From IMG/VR virus record IMGVR_UViG_3300033984_000416, positions 57,433 through 121,432 of that record: DNA of 64,000 bases; one strand, written 5' to 3'. Both the position numbers and the translations under genes were made by a program. Source of the DNA: a virus. The notes beneath the pieces were generated by a model. That model did no database searches. It was not told the origin of the DNA and worked only from the letters and a program-made list of their open reading frames with translations. Shown here piece after piece: positions 29,870 through 40,166 of the stretch. How positions within the stretch are numbered: position 1 is the stretch's first letter; each line of letters starts with the position of its first letter.

Positions 29870-31492
29870 TTATTTTATTATTTCCCAATTTGACTTCCAT
29901 GTATAACTTTTGGCTGTTTCGCCACTTACACTTATCAAAATATTACCACTATTCGCAGAATATATAACTGAGTTTGCTGTCATACCACTAGAAACCCTAT
30001 CAAAATCAGAATTTTCACCAACAACCTTAACCAACCCAGATACTTTATTTATTGCAATTGTTCTTTTCCAAAAACCATAATCTACAGAATCTTTAAAAGC
30101 ACTAACATAGTTAATTATAAATACATTTGAATTATCAGTAATTCCAGTTATTGTGTCGATTGTTTGTAATGTATTATTACTCGTTGTTGTACTAGCAGTT
30201 AAAAACGTTCTAACAGGCAATACAACATCAATATTTGTATTGTCACTTCTAGTATTTCTTAATGTTTTAGAACTAGTATTAAAAGTACTACCAGTTATAG
30301 AAATACCACTTGGTATATTGTAATATGTTGTTGCAGAAATAGTTGTCGCACTTAAATTACCATTTATCAATGTATTACCAGATACATGTAAAGCATGTAA
30401 AGGTTTAACAACATTAATACCAATCCTACCGTTTGTTTGACCAGTAATACTTGGGTTACCTGTTATAGCACTATATGTCCCACTTCCAAATAAAATACCA
30501 CCTAAGTTAATACTGTTGGTTGCTCCAGATGGTAACGATATATTTGTACCAATTATTATATTATTTGAACCAATATTATTACTAGTAAAAGATTTCCCAG
30601 CATAATAACCAAATAAGTTTGAATAACTAGCATTAGTTGCACTATTACCAGCGTATTGACCAAAAAAGTTTGAATAAGTAGCATTGGTAGCATATTGACC
30701 AGCAAAAAGACCCATAAAGTTTGAGTTAGCCGCATTGGTAGCGTATTGCCCAACAAAATTACCCATAAAATTTGAATAATAAGCATTAGTTGCACCACCA
30801 CCAGCAAAATAACCAAAAAAGTTTGAACCATTAGCATTAGTCGCTTGATAACCAGCTTGATTACCCATAAAGTTTGAAGCATTAGCACTAGTCGCTTGAT
30901 ACCCAGCACTAATTCCCATAAAGTTTGAATCATAAGCAGTAGTGGCTTGATAACCAGCTTGATTACCAAAAAAGTTTGAGTTATAAGCAGTCTTTGCACT
31001 ATAACCAGCTTGATTACCAATAAAGTTTGAATTATAAGCAGTCTTTGCAGTATACCCAGCGTCACTACCATAAACAAACATATCATAACTTAATGCTTGT
31101 GCATTTTTACCAAAAGCAACGCTACCAGAACCAGTTGCAATTGGTTTAATTGTTGGTGCTATTGCATTTTCAGCATACCATTTTATATCAGTATAACCAG
31201 TAACTGTAAACGCAGTACCACCATTATTATTTTTAAAGGTAGTTGTTCCAGCAGTATACGTACCACCAGTTAATGTTGAACCACCAGATATTTCCCAACC
31301 AGTAGATTTTTTTGTGTATGTGTTTTGGTCTTCCAAAACAAAAGTTATCATACCTATAAATTGAGAAGGTAAGATTGTTGTATTTGTTAAATCAGAAATA
31401 TTATCAACAACCATGTAATCTGCTACTGGTTGAGCTGCTTGTATTTTAAACCCTGTTAGTAATGCTATACCACCATTATATTTTTTCGCCAT
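29870..31492 (-). CDS. Putative fibre with 14-aa SNFxGxxAG repeats (540 aa); paralog of 44411-46906
   Basis: WYAENAIAPTIKPIATGSGSVAFG module then about a dozen SNFxG repeats. Confidence 0.7.
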   Translation of the reverse strand: MAKKYNGGIALLTGFKIQAAQPVADYMVVDNISDLTNTTILPSQFIGMITFVLEDQNTYTKKSTGWEISGGSTLTGGTYTAGTTTFKNNNGGTAFTVTGYTDIKWYAENAIAPTIKPIATGSGSVAFGKNAQALSYDMFVYGSDAGYTAKTAYNSNFIGNQAGYSAKTAYNSNFFGNQAGYQATTAYDSNFMGISAGYQATSANASNFMGNQAGYQATNANGSNFFGYFAGGGATNAYYSNFMGNFVGQYATNAANSNFMGLFAGQYATNATYSNFFGQYAGNSATNASYSNLFGYYAGKSFTSNNIGSNNIIIGTNISLPSGATNSINLGGILFGSGTYSAITGNPSITGQTNGRIGINVVKPLHALHVSGNTLINGNLSATTISATTYYNIPSGISITGSTFNTSSKTLRNTRSDNTNIDVVLPVRTFLTASTTTSNNTLQTIDTITGITDNSNVFIINYVSAFKDSVDYGFWKRTIAINKVSGLVKVVGENSDFDRVSSGMTANSVIYSANSGNILISVSGETAKSYTWKSNWEIIK

Positions 31493-31495
31493 TAT

Positions 31496-33001
31496 TTAAG
31501 ATATTTGAATTACTACTGAAGTTGTGTTATTTACTATGGCTTGAGTTCTATATGTATACAAAGTTTGTGTTGTAACACCATCAGCCAAAGTTAATAGTAT
31601 TTGTTTTTGCCACCAGAACGAACCGTCTTCAACACCAACAGCACTAACAGTAGTGGTAAACCCAGCTTGAGTTATTGCAGCATTTTGTTTAGTTGAAATA
31701 AGCCAAATATAATTATTGGTTGTTAACACATTTAGAGTTTGAACAGTAGAAGATTGAACCACTTTATTTAACCCTAAAGCCGTTACAGCAGCATAAGTAG
31801 TATTACCAGTAACCCCAGTAACACTAGTCGATAAACCATTCCATTGAGGGGCATAAGTTGTATATGTTGCTGTATTTGTAGATGTTAAACCACTTCCGTT
31901 TCTAGTATAATTAATGCTCAATGTATGAGCTGTGGTTAAATTAAAACTACCTATAGCTTGTGTATGTGGTAATCCATCAGCGTTTGATGTAACATCATAA
32001 GAACCAGGATTAATAATTGCACTATTAATAGTATCATCATTAGGTTTTATATTGTAATTTAATGTCAATGTTGTTGCTGAACCTTTTTCACCTGTAGTAG
32101 GTGTAACACTAAAGGTAACTGAATTATTAACGTATATTAAATTTAAAACTCTAGCATATTGAGAACTACCTAAATGATAATATTCGCTAGGTAACCCACC
32201 TTGTAACCCTGTTGTTGTATTATGGTTAACATTTTGATAAGTTGTTGCCGAAATAGTGTTTGCGGTAAGACCATTAGTAAATTGTGTAGCACCAGATATA
32301 GTTCCACCAGATATGTTAAATTTATCACTTAATAACGGTGTTAAACTTACATTATAAAAATTATTACCTTGTAAATTATTATTAAATTGAATTGTTTCAC
32401 CACTAAGATTAGCACTAGTTGTAAATGAATCTGTCATACCACTAGTAAAACCAGTAACATTAAATGTACCACCACTATTATTAGTGAAGGTAACAACACC
32501 TGTGTTGATATTATAAGTACCACCAGTTACGCTCATATCTGTAGCTAGAATACCTAAACTTTGTGTATAATCTACACCATCATTACCCTTTATCGTGATA
32601 TCATATGTAGAAGGGTTAAATGTCATACCAGTTGTATGAATATCTAAGGGTAACCCCAAGTAAGTTGTCGCACTAAAAGTATTAGCAGTTAAACCATTAG
32701 TAAATTGTGTAGCACCAGTTACTGTTCCACCAGTAAATTCATTAAGTGTCAACAATGTCCAATCTGAAATTGTATTTGTCCATGGAGCTGGGTTTAATTT
32801 ATAATAATCACCCCCATTATTCACACCAACAAGCATACCAGCTCTTCTCCTATCTGTTGTGATAGAATTCAAATCAGTTGTACCACCACTTAAATTACGT
32901 AACCCATCTATACCATAGATTGAGTCAATTACAGCGTATGTATCTAACGTATTTGAAGGTACTATAATACCCGTTACTTTAACCCCTTGAATTGATGCCA
33001 T
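31496..33001 (-). CDS. Putative fibre / virion structural protein (501 aa)
   Basis: N-terminal TDRRRAGMLVGV; shared GATQFTNGLTANTFSATTY modules x2; HNTTTGLQGG. Confidence 0.65.
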   Translation of the reverse strand: MASIQGVKVTGIIVPSNTLDTYAVIDSIYGIDGLRNLSGGTTDLNSITTDRRRAGMLVGVNNGGDYYKLNPAPWTNTISDWTLLTLNEFTGGTVTGATQFTNGLTANTFSATTYLGLPLDIHTTGMTFNPSTYDITIKGNDGVDYTQSLGILATDMSVTGGTYNINTGVVTFTNNSGGTFNVTGFTSGMTDSFTTSANLSGETIQFNNNLQGNNFYNVSLTPLLSDKFNISGGTISGATQFTNGLTANTISATTYQNVNHNTTTGLQGGLPSEYYHLGSSQYARVLNLIYVNNSVTFSVTPTTGEKGSATTLTLNYNIKPNDDTINSAIINPGSYDVTSNADGLPHTQAIGSFNLTTAHTLSINYTRNGSGLTSTNTATYTTYAPQWNGLSTSVTGVTGNTTYAAVTALGLNKVVQSSTVQTLNVLTTNNYIWLISTKQNAAITQAGFTTTVSAVGVEDGSFWWQKQILLTLADGVTTQTLYTYRTQAIVNNTTSVVIQIS

Positions 33002-33021
33002 TTATACTTTTTTATTAATTA

Positions 33022-34065
33022 TTACGAACATAACCATACATTCTGTGACCCTGTTATTTGATTTGTACTTCTATAAATATTATAAATTGTTGAAATACCA
33101 TATGTATTTACTATGGTAGCCGTACCGACATTTGAATATGGTATATTATTACCGAAACAACCAGTTGTAGAATCTCTCCAGTCACTTGGCTGACCTAAAC
33201 CTTGTGGTATTATAACGTAAAGATACTCTGGGCTAGAACTAGCTGTAAATGAAATACCAGTATTTGTAACAGTAGTTACCAAATTTGTATTTGATAAACC
33301 CGTTATTTGTAATGTTGTTAAGGTTGTACTAACATCTTTACCATAATACCATCTATTTTTCCATGTTCTACTAATTGTTAACGTAAAATCTACTGAATTA
33401 GAGTTAGTTGCAGTTATTTTATACATAGAAATAGTACCAGCACCAGATAATAATATTGTCGAACCTGTAAGATTTATAATTTCACTACCATCATTGGTAC
33501 TCCCACTGATTAGATTAACAATACTAGGATATAATTGGTCAATTTTTAAGGTATTTGGTAATATATTACTAGAATTTGCTGTTACCCATGAAAAAGTTTG
33601 ACTACCAGCCAATACTGGTTGACCTAAATCATATTCTGTTGATATATTCGTCCTACCAAAGTTAGAAAAACTTGGTGTTTGATATGGATATAATAATAAA
33701 TTCCACATTTCTGTCATCGTTTTATTATTAAAACTAGAACCAGATGCTATACCACCAATTACATTAGGTGTTGAAGCACTATTAGTGTATGTTTCACCAG
33801 TTGATATACCAGTAAGGTTACTACCATCACCATAAAAAGTTGTACCACTAACTACATTGGCAGTAAAATCATCATTGGTATATAAATTACCATCGAATGT
33901 AATTAAACCAGTACCCATTAAAATCTGAGTATTGCCATCACATGAAACAACAGCGTTAGTGTATAATCCTGTACATGCTGTAAGCGTTGGCGAACCACCA
34001 GTAATTGATAATGGCTCGATTATGAATGTTTGGTTAATATCCGATGTGTTGAAAAAATACGCCAT
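33022..34065 (-). CDS. Putative virion structural protein (347 aa)
   Basis: Thr/Ser-rich; FYGDGSNLTG fibre motif; in the late operon. Confidence 0.6.
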   Translation of the reverse strand: MAYFFNTSDINQTFIIEPLSITGGSPTLTACTGLYTNAVVSCDGNTQILMGTGLITFDGNLYTNDDFTANVVSGTTFYGDGSNLTGISTGETYTNSASTPNVIGGIASGSSFNNKTMTEMWNLLLYPYQTPSFSNFGRTNISTEYDLGQPVLAGSQTFSWVTANSSNILPNTLKIDQLYPSIVNLISGSTNDGSEIINLTGSTILLSGAGTISMYKITATNSNSVDFTLTISRTWKNRWYYGKDVSTTLTTLQITGLSNTNLVTTVTNTGISFTASSSPEYLYVIIPQGLGQPSDWRDSTTGCFGNNIPYSNVGTATIVNTYGISTIYNIYRSTNQITGSQNVWLCS

Positions 34066-35123
34066 TATATTGTACTACCTATTAATTTGAAAGTTCCAGT
34101 TGCCAAGAAATTTTTATATACCCTTATATTTATTACATCATTTGCGAAAATAATCAAAGGACTACTTAAAACCGTACCATCAAATACTCCAACGCCATTA
34201 ACAGTAATTACAATTCTAGAAAGATACTCAATATCAACTAGTTGTGTAAAATTTACATCATATAATGCTGTAAACGAGAATTGTGGTTCTGATTTTGGTT
34301 TCCAAACAAAACTATAAGTAACAACGTTACCCTTTTTTAAAGGTTCAAAAATTACATTGTTATAAATCCTAGTATCATCAACTTCCATAGTTAAAACACT
34401 TCTATTTATCGTAGGTATAACTTCGTAATCTTCTTCATCTAGAATATAACCCAAAAGTTTCATTTCAAACATTTGAACATAAAATCTTCTATTTTCAAAA
34501 TCTTCAATATTACTCTCATCACCAATAGTTTCTAAATGCAACGGCATAGGGTGACCATTTACGTTGATGTAGCATTGTCTTGATTGGAAAGCTCTTTGTA
34601 TCTTACCATTAAACTTATTTAAGTCCTTCATTTTATTAGTAAACAATCTAACCTCGTAAGTCAAATCGACAGCAGTTGGTTGTGGTACCTTATATAAATC
34701 AACACCACGTCTAACACCATCCCATGTCGGAACTTTCATATATGTATATGTTTGTTTTCCTGGTATGTTCCATAATCCAGCTTGGTTTTGACCTTGTTGA
34801 ATATCTGGTTTTCTAACTATTGTGATAAACGGTAATTCTATGTTTTTGTATTTGTCTGAAAATTGCCATGTTCTACTAAATTCAGTCCATCTTTGTATTG
34901 TTAAAAATATAACAGGAATCTTGGCACCATCAACACTAATAGAAAGACCTTCATCTAAATTCATAAATTCGACAAAGCTTTGGTCCATGTCTTCTTCCAT
35001 CACTCCTCTTGGTAAATAAGTTCCTTTGTCAGCAATTCCGTCAAGAATTTCTTGTCTTCTAGGGAAACCTATCTTACCTTGGGTAATGTCAATATTCGTT
35101 TTGTATCCTTTTGGCATTGCCAT
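34065..35123 (-). CDS. Tail completion / terminator protein (T4 gp15-like)
   Basis: KIPVIFLTIQRWTEFSRTW...LPFITIVR...KVPQPTAVDLTYEVRLFT; follows the gp14-like gene. Confidence 0.65.
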   Translation of the reverse strand: MAMPKGYKTNIDITQGKIGFPRRQEILDGIADKGTYLPRGVMEEDMDQSFVEFMNLDEGLSISVDGAKIPVIFLTIQRWTEFSRTWQFSDKYKNIELPFITIVRKPDIQQGQNQAGLWNIPGKQTYTYMKVPTWDGVRRGVDLYKVPQPTAVDLTYEVRLFTNKMKDLNKFNGKIQRAFQSRQCYINVNGHPMPLHLETIGDESNIEDFENRRFYVQMFEMKLLGYILDEEDYEVIPTINRSVLTMEVDDTRIYNNVIFEPLKKGNVVTYSFVWKPKSEPQFSFTALYDVNFTQLVDIEYLSRIVITVNGVGVFDGTVLSSPLIIFANDVINIRVYKNFLATGTFKLIGSTI

Positions 35124-35142
35124 AGTTTCATCTTTTTATTAA

Positions 35143-35661
35143 TTACATTCCTCTGAATTCACTAGCGTCAACACTTGCACAAACAACTGTTCTAAACGCA
35201 CCTTTGTAACCCATAATGGTATGTATGTTATCGTAATTTTTAGCCCCATCATTGGAAACACTAAAATATCTAATTTCAGTTTCCGTAACAGGATAGCCGA
35301 TGTAATCACCGTAGCTAATTTCAGTATCTAACTCACTTAATTGAGCTTCGTATATACCAAAGGTTAATTGACCATCTTGAAGATATCTCAATCCACCATC
35401 CTTGTTATAAGCTTTATTCTCTGGAGCCGCCATAATTGGCATAATCTTAAGTTCTAAAGGTGGGAAAAATCTTATACCATCTTTAGATGCCTCACCATAC
35501 AAGTTATCAGATTCAGTCATTTCTCGATTAACTCGATATAAAATCACTGTAAAGTTTCCATCACCTTCAATAGCCTCACGACCCATTTCAATTTCTAATT
35601 GAAAATCCGATTCAGAGAAAAATTTATTAATTCTCGTAATAGGTACAATAGATTTAGACAT
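35143..35661 (-). CDS. Neck / head closure protein (T4 gp14-like); true start probably MSKSIVPITRINKFF
   Basis: VILYRVNREMTESDNLYGEA...FGIYEAQLSELDTEISYGDYIGY; ATG at 35661 overlaps the endonuclease stop; AAAGGAG at 35668-35674. Confidence 0.7.
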   Translation of the reverse strand: MSKSIVPITRINKFFSESDFQLEIEMGREAIEGDGNFTVILYRVNREMTESDNLYGEASKDGIRFFPPLELKIMPIMAAPENKAYNKDGGLRYLQDGQLTFGIYEAQLSELDTEISYGDYIGYPVTETEIRYFSVSNDGAKNYDNIHTIMGYKGAFRTVVCASVDASEFRGM

Positions 35662-36301
35662 ATTTAACTCCTTTCTTTTTTGACGGAACACCTTTTTTAG
35701 TTTCCGAAATTTTTGTTATTACTTCTTTAGAATGGTTTTTACCATAAAAATGATTTTTTTTACCCATATGTGATTCGCTCATTTTTTTCTTTGTTTCTTC
35801 ACTTAATTTAACACCTTTTTTAGCGTTTCTTATTTTTTCTTTAGTTTCCTCAGACATTGGTTTTCGTTCAATAAGTTTTTGTGATTCACTCATTTTTTGT
35901 TTAGTTTCATTACTAATATTTTTACCTTTATGTGCATTACTTAATTTTTCTTTATGTTCTTCAGTGAATTTAATACCGATTCTAACCTCACTCATTTGTT
36001 TTTTTGTTTCTTCAGAATGTTTACGATTTAACATCGTCCCATTAGTTCCACCAAGACAAATATTATAACCAATTAATTTATCTGTCGATTTATATTTTAA
36101 AATATAATTTTGCTCCATTTCATTCAGTTCTTTTTGTGTGTCACATTGACACAAAATTTCTTTTTTAAAATTTATTAAACCATATTTTTTTATTGCTTTT
36201 TTAATTAAATCACCAGAACCAAAATAATTAAAATTGTTTTTACTGTCTTGACCAATATAGATTTTACCATTCACTAAATTTGTTGTTTTATATATTACCA
36301 T
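35654..36301 (-). mobile_element. Free-standing GIY-YIG homing endonuclease (Seg-like) with NUMOD3 repeats
   Basis: MVIYKTTNLVNGKIYIGQ...YFGSG..IKKAIKKYG..NFKKEIL; repeated H/MSEETKxKMS motifs and NHFYGKNHS. Confidence 0.9.
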
Positions 36302-36359
36302 AATAATTTTTTTAAATAAATATCATAATTATTCTATTTATGTAAGTTATTGGTGTTAT

Positions 36360-36404
36360 TTATTTATTGATACGTGTGATTGGTGTTATTTTCTTGTTGT
36401 CCAT
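36360..36404 (-). pseudogene. Stranded original 5' end of the gp14-like gene: MDNKKITPITRINK*
   Basis: Translated by hand; matches IVPITRINK of the intact gene; has its own late-type motif at 36414-36421. Confidence 0.75.
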
Positions 36405-36512
36405 CGTTTTTATTATAAATATTTATCTTTTGATTAATATCACCAAACACTTGATTTTTATTTATTTTTTTCTTATATTTAGATATAATTACCAGGATAA
36501 AACAAAAAGACA

Positions 36513-38354
36513 TTGATAAATTTAGACGACATACGAGGACATTCAGCAATTTCACTTCTAGAAGATTATGAAGGTATTAACCCATATCTTAAGAAATTGA
36601 AGATTGCTTACTTAAAGAATAAAAAATTGGCTCTTACTGAGAACCAATCAAAATATATATTAGATAATCACGATAGACAACCACAATACATCAATCGAGT
36701 GATTGGTATTACTAGCTATCTAGGTGATGAGTTAAAAAAACAAAATGAATTATCATTTACACCAGAGAAAATTCTAATCGAATTTATACTGGCCGATACT
36801 GAAAAAACATTTCACGTTTACGGTAAGCTTAAACAAAACCAAAAAGAATCTAAGATGTATTGGTTACCTAAAACACAGGTAACTGATGACCCATATTTTG
36901 AAGAAATAAAAGTAGAAGTAGATTTTACAAAATACAACGATATCTTAGCTGAGACGGGTAAAAAACTTTATGAGCATCAAGAAGACGGAATTAAGTTTTT
37001 ATTGTCTAGAAACGGCTGTATATTAGCTGATGACATGGGATTGGGTAAATCTATACAATCTATTATTGCTGCGTTAGAAAGCGGAGCCAAAAAGATACTA
37101 GTTGTTTGCCCATCTTCAACAAAGATTAACTGGGAAAGAGAAATAAACGTTTTTTGTGACGATACAGCAATCATTGATGGTAAAAAATGGAACGATGCTA
37201 AATTCACGATTATTAACTTTGATATTCTTAAAAATTTCCATACTCTTAGTACTGGTAAAAAAAGAAAAGAAGGCGAACCAGAAGAAGTATTAAATAGAGA
37301 ATTAGCCAACGCTGGTTTTGATTTAGCAATCATTGATGAGGCTCATTATTTGAAAAATAATGAAAGTATCCGTGGTAAGGTTATGGTAGAGTTATCAACA
37401 AAACACAACATTGATAAGGTATGGTTACTTACAGGAACACCTGTTGCCAATAGACCTATGGATTTCTTTAATCTATTGAAGATTATTAAGTCACCTATTG
37501 CCGATAACTGGAAACACTTTGCGGTTAGATATTGTGATGGAAGACAATTCTTTAGAACACTTAAAAATGGTCAAAGAAAACAAATATGGTTAACTGACGG
37601 TGCTAGTAATCTTGAAGAATTGGCATCGAAAACAAAAAACATTATAGTTAGACGTTTAAAGACTGAAGTATTGGATATGCCAGACAAGGTAATGACACCT
37701 ATGCATCATATGTTAGATAAAAAAGGGCTTAAAAATTATGAGTTGCTTTGGGAACAATATACCGAGAAAAGAAAATTAGAAGGTAAGAAAACGAATGAGT
37801 TACAAAAAGATTTGGTTGAACTTATTCTTTTAAGACAATTTATTGCTTTAGAGGCTATTCCTTATACTATTGAAATGGTTGAAAATGCGATTGAAATGGG
37901 ACGTAAGGTAATTGTTTTTACAAGCTTTACCGAAGAATTAGAAATAATAACAAACCATTTTGGAAAGTTAGCCGTTAAACATAACGGGCCAATGACGACA
38001 ACACAAAAACAAAGGTCTGTAGATGCTTTCCAAACCAATCCAAAGGTTAAGGTTTTTGTTGGTAACATTAAATCAGCTGGTGTTGGTATTACACTTACTG
38101 AAGGTACTGTTGTGATATTCAATTCATTTGATTGGGTTCCTGGAAATAATGAACAGGCTGAAGATAGAGCGTTCCGTATTGGTCAAAAGAATGATGTTAA
38201 TGTTTACTACCAATTATTTGACGATACAATCTCAACTAGAATGTGGAATATGTTAAACAGTAAAAAAGATGTTATATCAACCATTATGGGTGATAAAAAA
38301 TTAACAGATGATGAAATAACTGCCTTATTGGTGGATGAATTAATAGCAGCATAA
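36513..38354 (+). CDS. SNF2-family (SMARCAL1/HARP-like) helicase/translocase
   Basis: ADDMGLGKS, DEAHYLKN, LLTGTP, GVGITLT, QAEDRAFRIGQ; TTG start. Confidence 0.92.
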   Translation: MINLDDIRGHSAISLLEDYEGINPYLKKLKIAYLKNKKLALTENQSKYILDNHDRQPQYINRVIGITSYLGDELKKQNELSFTPEKILIEFILADTEKTFHVYGKLKQNQKESKMYWLPKTQVTDDPYFEEIKVEVDFTKYNDILAETGKKLYEHQEDGIKFLLSRNGCILADDMGLGKSIQSIIAALESGAKKILVVCPSSTKINWEREINVFCDDTAIIDGKKWNDAKFTIINFDILKNFHTLSTGKKRKEGEPEEVLNRELANAGFDLAIIDEAHYLKNNESIRGKVMVELSTKHNIDKVWLLTGTPVANRPMDFFNLLKIIKSPIADNWKHFAVRYCDGRQFFRTLKNGQRKQIWLTDGASNLEELASKTKNIIVRRLKTEVLDMPDKVMTPMHHMLDKKGLKNYELLWEQYTEKRKLEGKKTNELQKDLVELILLRQFIALEAIPYTIEMVENAIEMGRKVIVFTSFTEELEIITNHFGKLAVKHNGPMTTTQKQRSVDAFQTNPKVKVFVGNIKSAGVGITLTEGTVVIFNSFDWVPGNNEQAEDRAFRIGQKNDVNVYYQLFDDTISTRMWNMLNSKKDVISTIMGDKKLTDDEITALLVDELIAA

Positions 38355-38356
38355 TT

Positions 38357-38611
38357 ATGGTAACAATTTACACATTCCCAGAATGTCCATACTGTACAGA
38401 ATTGAAAGAGATTCTAGTAAGTGAAGGTATTGAATTTAAAGATGTCAATATCAATTTAGATGAAAATAAAGAAGAATTCGAAGCAATTCTAGAAGTTTCA
38501 AAAGCAGAAGAAGTACCTGTAATTAAAATAGGTAAACAATTGCTTATTCCTAATGTTTCTTTTAGAAGTATTAAGGAAGCGGCTGAATTAACCAAGAGTT
38601 TTTTAGTATAA
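38357..38611 (+). CDS. Glutaredoxin / NrdH-like redoxin
   Basis: TIYTFPECPYC...VPVIKIG. Confidence 0.85.
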   Translation: MVTIYTFPECPYCTELKEILVSEGIEFKDVNINLDENKEEFEAILEVSKAEEVPVIKIGKQLLIPNVSFRSIKEAAELTKSFLV

Positions 38612-38647
38612 TTTGATTTTTTCTTATATTTATAAGAAAAGTAAATT

Positions 38648-39793
38648 ATGGCAGTAAGCTTAGAAGAAAAAGAAAAATTGTTTCGTCAATTTAGACACTC
38701 TGTAGGTGCACCAATCCGTACTATTGAAGTTCCAGATGAAGTATTATGTACCCTTCTAGAAATATCAATTGAGGATTATGCTCAATACGTACAAGAGTGG
38801 TTGATTGAACATCAATGGCAATCATTGTTAGGTCACAATGTTGATACTACTGATATGGCATTTGCATTGAGTGTCAGAAGCTTTGACTTTATGACTCAAT
38901 ATACGTATGCTTATTCAAAACAAGTTGGATTACAATCTAACGGACCATGGGAACTTAAAAAAGATTACGTTGAGATAGAAGCTGGAAGACAAGTTTATAT
39001 TATCCCAGCTGGACGTGAAGTAAATGAAGTTCTTTGGATTACGCCACCAGCAACCAGTCAAGCTTTATTGGCTAACTACGGTGGTATTGATTATGGATTT
39101 GGTGGTGGTTTTGCACAAACAGGTGGTGGTATGGGAACAAGTGGGCCAGGTGGTGCTGGACGTATGGGTTACTATATTGCACCAGCATTTGATATTTTAT
39201 TAACAGCTGCTGATATGAACCTTAAAAATCGTATCGTAAGAAGTGAATTGGTACATAAAATTACAGCTGGACCTAACGGAACAAAATTATTACACTTGTT
39301 ATCGGTTCCTGGTTCTAAGTTATCGTTTGGTCAAGGTATCGGTGGTGTTGGAAGTTCAATAAACATGACAGGTTGTCAAGTATGGTATCACTATTATGAT
39401 ACTACTCCAGAAAACCTAGAGGCGTGTAAAAATGACAATCCAGATATCATTAAGATGCCTAATCAAGTACAATTATCAAAGTTAGATTTTAGTGACTTTA
39501 ACGAACCAACAAAGACTCTTGTAAGACAATTGTTCATCGCTGAAGCCAAAAGAGCACTAGGTAGAACAAGAGGTAAATTTGGCGGTATCGTTGGTTTACC
39601 AGAAGGTGAAAGAACCATGGACTACGAAACACTAATTAGCGAAGGAAATGACGAAAGAAAAGCGGTTCTAGAAAGATTAGAAGCTAGATTATTAAGACTT
39701 TCAAGTACGTCACAATTAGAAAGAGGTGCTAAAGAAGCTACCGATTTGAATACATCATTAAAACACCACCCATTAGGATTTTGGGTATATTAA
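38648..39793 (+). CDS. Neck / head-tail adaptor protein (T4 gp13-like)
   Basis: GAPIRTIEVPDEVL...EAKRALGRTRGKFGG...ETLISEG; late-type motif TATTTATA at 38627-38634. Confidence 0.65.
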   Translation: MAVSLEEKEKLFRQFRHSVGAPIRTIEVPDEVLCTLLEISIEDYAQYVQEWLIEHQWQSLLGHNVDTTDMAFALSVRSFDFMTQYTYAYSKQVGLQSNGPWELKKDYVEIEAGRQVYIIPAGREVNEVLWITPPATSQALLANYGGIDYGFGGGFAQTGGGMGTSGPGGAGRMGYYIAPAFDILLTAADMNLKNRIVRSELVHKITAGPNGTKLLHLLSVPGSKLSFGQGIGGVGSSINMTGCQVWYHYYDTTPENLEACKNDNPDIIKMPNQVQLSKLDFSDFNEPTKTLVRQLFIAEAKRALGRTRGKFGGIVGLPEGERTMDYETLISEGNDERKAVLERLEARLLRLSSTSQLERGAKEATDLNTSLKHHPLGFWVY

Positions 39794-39827
39794 TAATAAA
39801 TAACAAACAAATAAAAAAAAAGAAAAA

Positions 39828-40133
39828 ATGGGATTAAAAATTACAACACCTTTACATACTAATAAAGGTGAAACTTCAGAAATGTATTTAAACATTGAAA
39901 ACATTATGATTAACAAACAAAACATGAATAACGTAATGTTTAATAAATACGTTAGCAAAAAAGCCAGAGAAGCTGACGCTAATAATAGATGTGAATGTTT
40001 TGAAGTATCTAGTTCATACATGTTAGACTTCGTACAAGGAGAATTATCTGACAACTATGTTTACGAATTGATATATAGTATCGTTAAAGAAAAACTAGAA
40101 GCTCAAGGGTTAGTAGTTGAAAATTTAAAATAA
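39828..40133 (+). CDS. Hypothetical protein (101 aa)
   Basis: ORF track; A-rich leader; followed by a terminator. Confidence 0.7.
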   Translation: MGLKITTPLHTNKGETSEMYLNIENIMINKQNMNNVMFNKYVSKKAREADANNRCECFEVSSSYMLDFVQGELSDNYVYELIYSIVKEKLEAQGLVVENLK

Positions 40134-40136
40134 AAA

Positions 40137-40157
40137 AAGGGGCTTAAATAGCCCCTT
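40137..40157. terminator. Bidirectional terminator between convergent genes
   Basis: AAGGGGCT-taaat-AGCCCCTT with A run on the left and T-rich right flank. Confidence 0.8.
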
Positions 40158-40166
40158 ATTTATTTG

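Noticed and set aside
35654-36404. Group I intron around the GIY-YIG ORF
   Set aside because: Only ~60 nt of AT-rich sequence upstream and none downstream (the ORF overlaps the next start), so there is no room for a catalytic core
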